A stretch of 64,000 nt of DNA from the NCBI GenBank assembly GCA_026003475.1, contig BPHJ01000001.1, positions 256,545 to 320,544 of the forward strand. The letters run 5' to 3'. Each line of letters opens with the position of its first letter. Position 1 is the stretch's first letter. A model generated the notes under the pieces. It saw nothing but the letters and a program-made list of their open reading frames with translations. It searched no databases and had not been told where the DNA came from. Of the stretch, positions 58,215 through 64,000 are shown in pieces. Position numbers and translations under genes: made by a program. Origin of the DNA: Candidatus Kapaibacterium sp. (GTDB lineage: Bacteria; Bacteroidota; Ignavibacteria; Kapaibacteriales; NICIL-2).

Positions 58215-59044
58215 TGGCGCTGCGGGGTTTGCTGCTGCTTGGGTGCTGCTGCCTGCTTGTGGCGGGAGAACCTGATTGCTTCGAGTGGGGACTGCGTGCC
58301 GGCATGCGCTTGGTCTATCACGTGGATGCCGACGATACGCTCGCTATGGCTGGTGACCCAGTACTTATTCGCCACCGGCAAGAACAGTGGGAGATCGTCT
58401 GCGATCGTGTCGATGGTGATACGATTTTCCTTCGGCAGACGCTCCTCCATTACCGAGCCAATGAAGCAACCAGCACGGGCGATAGCAGTATTCGCCGGAC
58501 AATTCCCTGGGTTGGGCACTCTACCCGAATCGTTATGACGCGACGCGGTTGGCGCATACACACACAACTTCCTCAAACCGACACATTCAGCGTTGTGCCC
58601 GGGGGTGTGTTTGGTCCGGTGTTGTTTGTGCCCCTTGATTCGGTGTGTGTGCGCTGCGGCGGAACACAATGGCTCATCGAAAGTCGGGATACCCTCGTTG
58701 AGTATGCTTGTCCACCAGCGATGCTCGAACGCATGTTTCTGGCATCGGTAGATTCCTGTCCATCGGGCAAAGTACCGCACCGTATTTCCATTGCAGAGAC
58801 CTCCCGAGGAGTTCACCGTGTGCGAACGCCTGACCTGATGCTTGAAACAACCGCGTGGATACTTGCACACAGCATCGTTGAACTCGACACGCAATACCAC
58901 GTGCCTGCCAGGGTACTGACGACACAACAAATCCGGCTCGCTATCGAAAGCGCTGGGGGCAAACCACGTCGAGGCGAACAGCGGACAGGCTTTCGAGCAC
59001 AGCTGAAGACTATCACCACGCCCAAGCGGCGTCCCCAACGCTGA
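58214..59044 (+). CDS. Hypothetical secreted protein
   Basis: N-terminal MALRGLLLLGCCCLLVAG. The competing antisense ORF 58130..59365 is Arg/Cys/His-rich, so the plus strand is preferred. Confidence 0.35.
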   Translation: MALRGLLLLGCCCLLVAGEPDCFEWGLRAGMRLVYHVDADDTLAMAGDPVLIRHRQEQWEIVCDRVDGDTIFLRQTLLHYRANEATSTGDSSIRRTIPWVGHSTRIVMTRRGWRIHTQLPQTDTFSVVPGGVFGPVLFVPLDSVCVRCGGTQWLIESRDTLVEYACPPAMLERMFLASVDSCPSGKVPHRISIAETSRGVHRVRTPDLMLETTAWILAHSIVELDTQYHVPARVLTTQQIRLAIESAGGKPRRGEQRTGFRAQLKTITTPKRRPQR

Positions 59045-59162
59045 GGGGTGTCTGGTTGTAGGTTCGATCGGTAGCAACACGTTTCCACCACGTGCAGTGC
59101 AACTTTTTCGGAAGGCATGCGTTTTTTGCCGTTGCCGCTGTTGAACTAACTTTCTCTCTGTT

Positions 59163-60500
59163 ATGCACCGTTTGTTCCTTGCTGCGATCGCTGCAGCGGT
59201 CAGCATCGCGCAGACGCCGGGCGATCCGGTTCGGACCTTTACGCTCGAGGATTGCATTGCCATTGCACTGCGCCAAAATCCAACCCTCCAGCGGGAGCAG
59301 AAAAATGTCGAGATCGGCCAAGCATCACTGACGCGGGCATTTGGTGCATACTTGCCGAGCATCAACGCATCGGCAGGGTATTCGCGTCAACTGAATGTGG
59401 AAGGTGGACGCGCTGTCAACATTGGTGGGCAGGTATTCGTGCTTGGTCCACCAGAGCCGAATTCCTACTCGATGAATGCTGTTGCCTCGTACACACTGTT
59501 CAATGGCTTTGCCCGTGAAGCGACCTACAGCCAAGCACGGAACGAACTCGATGCAGCAGGTCTTGCCTATGAGCGCACCCGCCAACAAATCATCCTGAAC
59601 GTTCGGACACAGTACCTCGATGTGCTTCGTGCCCTGCAGACTGTTCGCGTGCGTCGCGATAACTTGGAGCTTGGCAGGCAGGAATTAGCACGCGTGCGTG
59701 CGCTCTACGATGCCGGTAGAGTCCCCGTCACGACCGTGTACACCCAGGAAGCCGATCTCGGCACGCGTGAGTTGGATTTGCTGACGGCCGAAAATGCCCT
59801 CCTGCAAGCAAAGGCAGTGCTCCTTGCAACGATGGGCCTACCACCAGACCAGGAAGCCGACTTCTCCGAAGCCTCGGTGGCAACAACCATCAGCGACGAC
59901 GAGATTGCTGCATTCCGCAAAGAAATTGGGTCTCCTGCTGCTGTCGTTGCCACAGCACTTGCGCGCCGGGGCGATGTTCGTGCACTCGATGCCCGTGTCC
60001 GTGCTGCCGACAATGCCATTACCGTCGCGCAGGCAGCATTTATGCCCCAGCTCAGTCTTGCCGGTGGGTGGTCGTGGTCGAATACGCGCTTTGATCAGTT
60101 CAGCGAGTTTGGCCGGTACTTTGTCAGCATGAATGTGCAGGTGCCAATCTTCGACAATTTTAGCGCCGCAACCCAACGCCAGCAAGCAGTCCTGCAGATG
60201 GAGCAACGACAGTTTGAGCAACGCCAGCTCGAACAGCAAGTGCGTACCGAGGTTCGGCAAGCGCTGCTCGAACTCGATGCAGCCGAAAAACAGTTGGATA
60301 TTACCGCTCGTGCGCTCAAGGCTGCCGAGCAGAGCTATGCTGCATCGAATGAACGGTTCCGGCTTGGTGCTGGAACGCAGCTTGAGTATCTGACTGCATC
60401 CAATCAGCTCGTTGCCGCGCGCATCAATCGCATTGCAGCGATCTATGGCTACCGTGCTGCCCAAGCGCGCGTTCGTTTTGCCATGGGCATTCTTCAGTAA
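59163..60500 (+). CDS. TolC-family outer-membrane efflux channel
   Basis: Signal peptide. Two internally repeated halves with long coiled-coil segments (…LDAAEKQLDITARALKAAEQSYAASNERFRLGAGTQLEYL…). 445 aa. Confidence 0.8.
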   Translation: MHRLFLAAIAAAVSIAQTPGDPVRTFTLEDCIAIALRQNPTLQREQKNVEIGQASLTRAFGAYLPSINASAGYSRQLNVEGGRAVNIGGQVFVLGPPEPNSYSMNAVASYTLFNGFAREATYSQARNELDAAGLAYERTRQQIILNVRTQYLDVLRALQTVRVRRDNLELGRQELARVRALYDAGRVPVTTVYTQEADLGTRELDLLTAENALLQAKAVLLATMGLPPDQEADFSEASVATTISDDEIAAFRKEIGSPAAVVATALARRGDVRALDARVRAADNAITVAQAAFMPQLSLAGGWSWSNTRFDQFSEFGRYFVSMNVQVPIFDNFSAATQRQQAVLQMEQRQFEQRQLEQQVRTEVRQALLELDAAEKQLDITARALKAAEQSYAASNERFRLGAGTQLEYLTASNQLVAARINRIAAIYGYRAAQARVRFAMGILQ

Positions 60501-60512
60501 CACTCTCCAATC

Positions 60513-61772
60513 GTGCATATGCAACAGAAATCAAAACGTCGGTTGGCTATTATTGTCGGTGGAACGGCTCTTGTCGTTGTCCTGGCGGTTGTGCTCTCGC
60601 AGAGTGGTAATCGGAATGCTATCGAGGTACGCGTTGATACAGCTTCGTACCGCACGATTGTCCAGGAGGTCTCTGCAACTGGAAAAATTCAGCCGGAATC
60701 AGAAGTCAAAATTTCCTCCGAAGTCAGCGGGGAAATCATTGCGCTGACGGTCAAGGAAGGCGATCGTGTGCAACGCGGACAACTTCTGCTGCGCATACGT
60801 CCGGACTTGCTCGAAACGCAGATGGAGCAGTACCGTGCAGCAGTGCGCGCTGCCGATGTTGGCATCGAGATAGCCAAGGTTGAACTCGACCGCACCGAAC
60901 GGGAGCTGCGTCGTGCCGCTGAGTTGTACGACAAAGGCTACCTCTCCAAGCAAGAGTTTGAAACAGCCAAAGCCGCCTACGACCGCGCTGCTGGTCAATA
61001 CCAATCGGCACTTGCAGAAAAATCCCGTGCGCAAGCAACGCTCCGGCAAGCAGAACTGTCCATCAGTCGAACGGCGATCTATGCGCCTATGAGTGGCGTT
61101 GTCACCAAACTCAACGTCGAGGTTGGCGAGAAGGTTGTTGGTACTGCACAAATGCAAGGGACCGAACTGCTCCGCATCGCCGATCTCGATACGATGAATG
61201 CTATCGTCGAAGTCAATGAAAACGACGTTGTCCAACTACACTTGGGCGATTCTGCGTTCGTGCGCGTGGACGCCTTCCGGGATAGTGTTCTCCTTGGGCG
61301 CGTGGTGGAAATATCCCATTCGCCACTGGAGAAAGCCGTTGGCACACAAGACGAGGTGGTGAACTTCCAGGTCAAGGTTCGCTTGCATTCACGCGATGAT
61401 CGGTTGCGACCGGGCATGACGTGCGTTGCCGACATCCGCACTGCTCGCCGTGATCGTGCATTGGCGGTACCGATTCAGTCGGTCACTGTCCGCTACGACG
61501 ATGAACGACCCAACGGGGAGAATGCCACTGCACAACAGCAATCAAAGACGCCTCCGCAGATCGTGTTCACCATCAAAGGGGATCGTGTTCATCGGCGGCA
61601 GGTGCGAACAGGTATCAGCGATCGCGGCTACATTGAGATTGCCGAAGGACTCTCGGCGGGAGAAGTGGTTGTATCTGGTCCCTACAGCGCTATTAGCCGA
61701 ACTCTCCGCGATGGAATGCGGGTAACTATCAAGACGCCTGCCCGTACCACGACGGCATCGTCGAGCAAATGA
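60513..61772 (+). CDS. Efflux periplasmic adaptor (HlyD/MacA-type membrane fusion protein)
   Basis: N-terminal TM anchor, lipoyl/biotinyl-like hairpin flanking a long coiled coil, C-terminal beta-barrel domain. 419 aa. Confidence 0.8.
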   Translation: MHMQQKSKRRLAIIVGGTALVVVLAVVLSQSGNRNAIEVRVDTASYRTIVQEVSATGKIQPESEVKISSEVSGEIIALTVKEGDRVQRGQLLLRIRPDLLETQMEQYRAAVRAADVGIEIAKVELDRTERELRRAAELYDKGYLSKQEFETAKAAYDRAAGQYQSALAEKSRAQATLRQAELSISRTAIYAPMSGVVTKLNVEVGEKVVGTAQMQGTELLRIADLDTMNAIVEVNENDVVQLHLGDSAFVRVDAFRDSVLLGRVVEISHSPLEKAVGTQDEVVNFQVKVRLHSRDDRLRPGMTCVADIRTARRDRALAVPIQSVTVRYDDERPNGENATAQQQSKTPPQIVFTIKGDRVHRRQVRTGISDRGYIEIAEGLSAGEVVVSGPYSAISRTLRDGMRVTIKTPARTTTASSSK

Positions 61773-62497
61773 CCACCCAACCATTGATCGTGCTGGAAGG
61801 AATTACCAAGCACTACCGCATGGGCGACGAGATCGTCCAAGCGCTGCGCGGCATTGACCTGCAGATCAACCCGAATGAATACGTTGCTATCATGGGACCA
61901 TCGGGTTCAGGCAAGTCAACGCTCATGAACATTCTCGGCTGCTTGGATTGGCCAACCAGCGGACGCTATGTGCTCGACGGTGTGGATGTATCCCAACTCG
62001 ATGATGCTGCACTGGCAGCGATTCGCAATCGGAAGATTGGATTTGTCTTTCAAACCTTCAACCTGCTTCCGCGTGCAACGGCGCTAAAGAATGTCGAATT
62101 GCCGCTGATCTATGCGGGCGTTCCCCCGCAGCAGCGGCGCCAGCGTGCGATCGCCGCACTCGAGAGCGTTGGCTTGGGGGATCGGCTCCGCCATAAGCCA
62201 CCGGAACTATCAGGAGGCCAGCGGCAGCGTGTGGCGATTGCGCGTGCACTGGTCACCGAACCTTCGTTGATTCTTGCTGACGAGCCAACGGGCAATCTCG
62301 ATTCAAAGACGGGGGAAGAGATCATGCAACTGTTCGAACGCATCTGGCGCGAGGGCAATACGGTGCTCCTGGTTACCCACGAAGACGATATCGCACGGCA
62401 TGCTCGGCGGATTATCCGTATTCGAGATGGGCGCGTCGAGTCGGACCACATCAACCCGACGCCGCACGTCGTTGAACCGATCGAGCAGCAACAATGA
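61769..62497 (+). CDS. ABC transporter ATP-binding protein (MacB/LolD-type)
   Basis: GPSGSGKST (Walker A), [15 protein letters not shown] (signature), [11 protein letters not shown] (Walker B). Confidence 0.9.
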   Translation: MTTQPLIVLEGITKHYRMGDEIVQALRGIDLQINPNEYVAIMGPSGSGKSTLMNILGCLDWPTSGRYVLDGVDVSQLDDAALAAIRNRKIGFVFQTFNLLPRATALKNVELPLIYAGVPPQQRRQRAIAALESVGLGDRLRHKPPELSGGQRQRVAIARALVTEPSLILADEPTGNLDSKTGEEIMQLFERIWREGNTVLLVTHEDDIARHARRIIRIRDGRVESDHINPTPHVVEPIEQQQ

Positions 62498-63747
62498 AGC
62501 GCTGGGCAACCGAGTACGTAGAAGTGCTCCAAAGTGCGGTGGAATCACTCCGTGCCAATCCGCTTCGGTCGTTGCTGACTAGTTTGGGTGTGATGATTGG
62601 TGTTGCTTTTGTCTCGCTGATGGGCTGGGCGTTGCGCAGTCTGGATGCAGCGTGGGAAGCAACGCTCTCGTCACTCGGATCAGATATGCTCTACGTGGAC
62701 AAATGGAACTGGGCAGGCGGTGGAAACTGGCGCTTGCTGATGAATCGAAAGAATATCACCATTGATCAAGCAGAAGAAGTTGCCCGTCGGCTTCAATCAG
62801 CCGACATGGTCTATATCAGCGCGGATTCGTGGGGACGGACCATCGTCCATGCCGATCAACGTGCCAGCGGTGTCGTTATCGAGGGAACGATGGCAATCTT
62901 CGGAATGCTCCCGAGCACCAATGTTGCCGAGGGGCGTTTTTTTACCGAGATGGAGGAGCGTAACGCGACTGCTGTTGCGGTTATCGGTGACGGTATTCGC
63001 TCGACCCTGTTCGGGAACCGCTCACCAATTGGCCAGGTGATTCGGATTGAAGGGCGACCCTTCCGCATCGTGGGTGTGATGGAAAAACGCGGCACGCTCT
63101 TTACCGATTTTCTCGATCGGATGGTGTACATTCCCTTGCCGGCATTCTTCGGACTCTATGGGCGATACTCCCGGAGCATGACAATCGCTGCAAAAGCACA
63201 GTCGCCCGATCAACTCGATGCGCTCCGCGATGAGCTCACGGGCATCATGCGCGCAGTCCGCAAGCTCGCCCCTAATGCGGAGAATGACTTCTCCATCAAC
63301 GAAGCGCAAGTCTTCCGCGATCAGGTGGCAAATATTCGTGCGGTTATCTGGGGAGTCGGTATTGGCCTGACAGCGCTGTCGTTTTTGGTCGGGGTTATTG
63401 GCATTACGAACGTGATGTTCGTTGCGGTCGTCGAGCGCACCAAGGAAATTGGTATCCGCCGTGCCGTTGGTGCGCGGCGCAGTTCGATTTTGGTGCAGTT
63501 TCTCTGCGAAGCCATGATGCTGTGTGTGGCAGGTGCTGTCGTCGGAGTGATTGTCTGCAGCGCACTCGTCGCGGTGTTGGCATTGGCCTTGCGCGAATCG
63601 GCAGCGTTTCTGCTTCCACTCTTGCCTGCCGAAATCGTCCTTGTTGCTGTGGTGATTTCCATTGCCGTCGGCATCATCGCTGGGTTTGTGCCTGCATTGC
63701 GGGCGGCAAGACTCGATCCAGTCGAAGCCTTACGCTACGAAGCATGA
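62494..63747 (+). CDS. ABC transporter permease, FtsX/MacB family (MacB_PCD + FtsX domains)
   Basis: N-terminal TM, large periplasmic domain, and three C-terminal TM helices with [15 protein letters not shown]…. 417 aa. Confidence 0.8.
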   Translation: MKRWATEYVEVLQSAVESLRANPLRSLLTSLGVMIGVAFVSLMGWALRSLDAAWEATLSSLGSDMLYVDKWNWAGGGNWRLLMNRKNITIDQAEEVARRLQSADMVYISADSWGRTIVHADQRASGVVIEGTMAIFGMLPSTNVAEGRFFTEMEERNATAVAVIGDGIRSTLFGNRSPIGQVIRIEGRPFRIVGVMEKRGTLFTDFLDRMVYIPLPAFFGLYGRYSRSMTIAAKAQSPDQLDALRDELTGIMRAVRKLAPNAENDFSINEAQVFRDQVANIRAVIWGVGIGLTALSFLVGVIGITNVMFVAVVERTKEIGIRRAVGARRSSILVQFLCEAMMLCVAGAVVGVIVCSALVAVLALALRESAAFLLPLLPAEIVLVAVVISIAVGIIAGFVPALRAARLDPVEALRYEA

Positions 63748-64000
63748 GAGCAGCCGAGTACATTGTCTCCGCCTTCGATACGTTCCGCTCTCAGCCTGTG
63801 CGGACAGCGCTGACATTGATTAGCATTGCCATTGGGATTGTCGCCATTGTCGGGGCTGGCGGCGCAGCCTCGGCGCTGGAACGCTCGCTGAGCGATGAGC
63901 TGACTGCCTCGGGTGCGTACACGTTCATGATCCAACGCCAACCGAGCATCATCACCAGCGGGGAGCAATGGCGCCGCTACATGCGCCGCCGACCGATTTC
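63744..64000 (+). CDS. Second FtsX/MacB-family ABC permease, 3'-truncated by the window end
   Basis: ATGA overlap with the previous stop. [36 protein letters not shown] is the typical MacB permease N-terminus. Confidence 0.5.
   Translation, partial: MRAAEYIVSAFDTFRSQPVRTALTLISIAIGIVAIVGAGGAASALERSLSDELTASGAYTFMIQRQPSIITSGEQWRRYMRRRPI

Noticed and set aside
58130-59365. 411-aa minus-strand ORF spanning the second hypothetical gene and the TolC start
   Set aside because: Translation is extremely Arg/Cys/His-rich. The + strand genes have signal peptides and operon-style coupling.

Overview
This is a high-GC (~60%) chromosomal window from an FCB-group bacterium (Bacteroidota/Chlorobiota/Rhodothermota-like). 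It is coding-dense and has no CRISPR array, no integrase or transposase, and no rRNA genes.

Housekeeping content:
- apbC/mrp, a NifU-like gene, tRNA-Val(TAC), rpmE (L31, Zn-independent C- form), rpsR (S18, C- form) and dnaA form a replication-origin neighbourhood.
- aconitase, tRNA-Asn(GTT), a PrsW protease, an M16 peptidase, nadK, bcp and a BshB1-like deacetylase follow.
- transaldolase, rnhA, an APC permease, aspartokinase, a GT2 synthase, an MBL hydrolase, recG and typA come next.
- a TolC–HlyD–MacB-type efflux operon, truncated at the window end, closes the window.

The unusual content is secretory and surface-related. At least eight proteins end in a type-IX-secretion (T9SS) C-terminal sorting domain (CTD).

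The most notable locus is a four-gene co-directional cluster at 8.86–20.0 kb. It encodes phage-tail-fibre-like giant proteins of 2003 and 1247 aa. These carry VGIGTxxPxxxLHV motifs, YadA-head-like 14-residue repeats, and a C-terminal Peptidase-S74 intramolecular-chaperone domain of the kind found in phage fibres and endosialidase. In this cluster the S74 domain is fused directly upstream of a T9SS CTD. Between the two fibre genes sits a stand-alone, signal-peptide-bearing S74–CTD protein. The second fibre gene contains 4.4 near-identical tandem 558-bp (186-aa) repeats, and the first contains three dispersed ~280-bp near-identical modules.

Other notable features:
- a tightly coupled orphan pntA-II(alpha2)–DUF1844–nadK operon that lacks pntAA and pntB;
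- a pair of IgGFc-binding-N-domain paralogs, one ending in a T9SS CTD and one fused to a C-terminal outer-membrane beta-barrel;
- two N-terminal BNR/Asp-box proteins with SprB-type repeats;
- many long antisense 'shadow' ORFs typical of high-GC DNA, which I reject.
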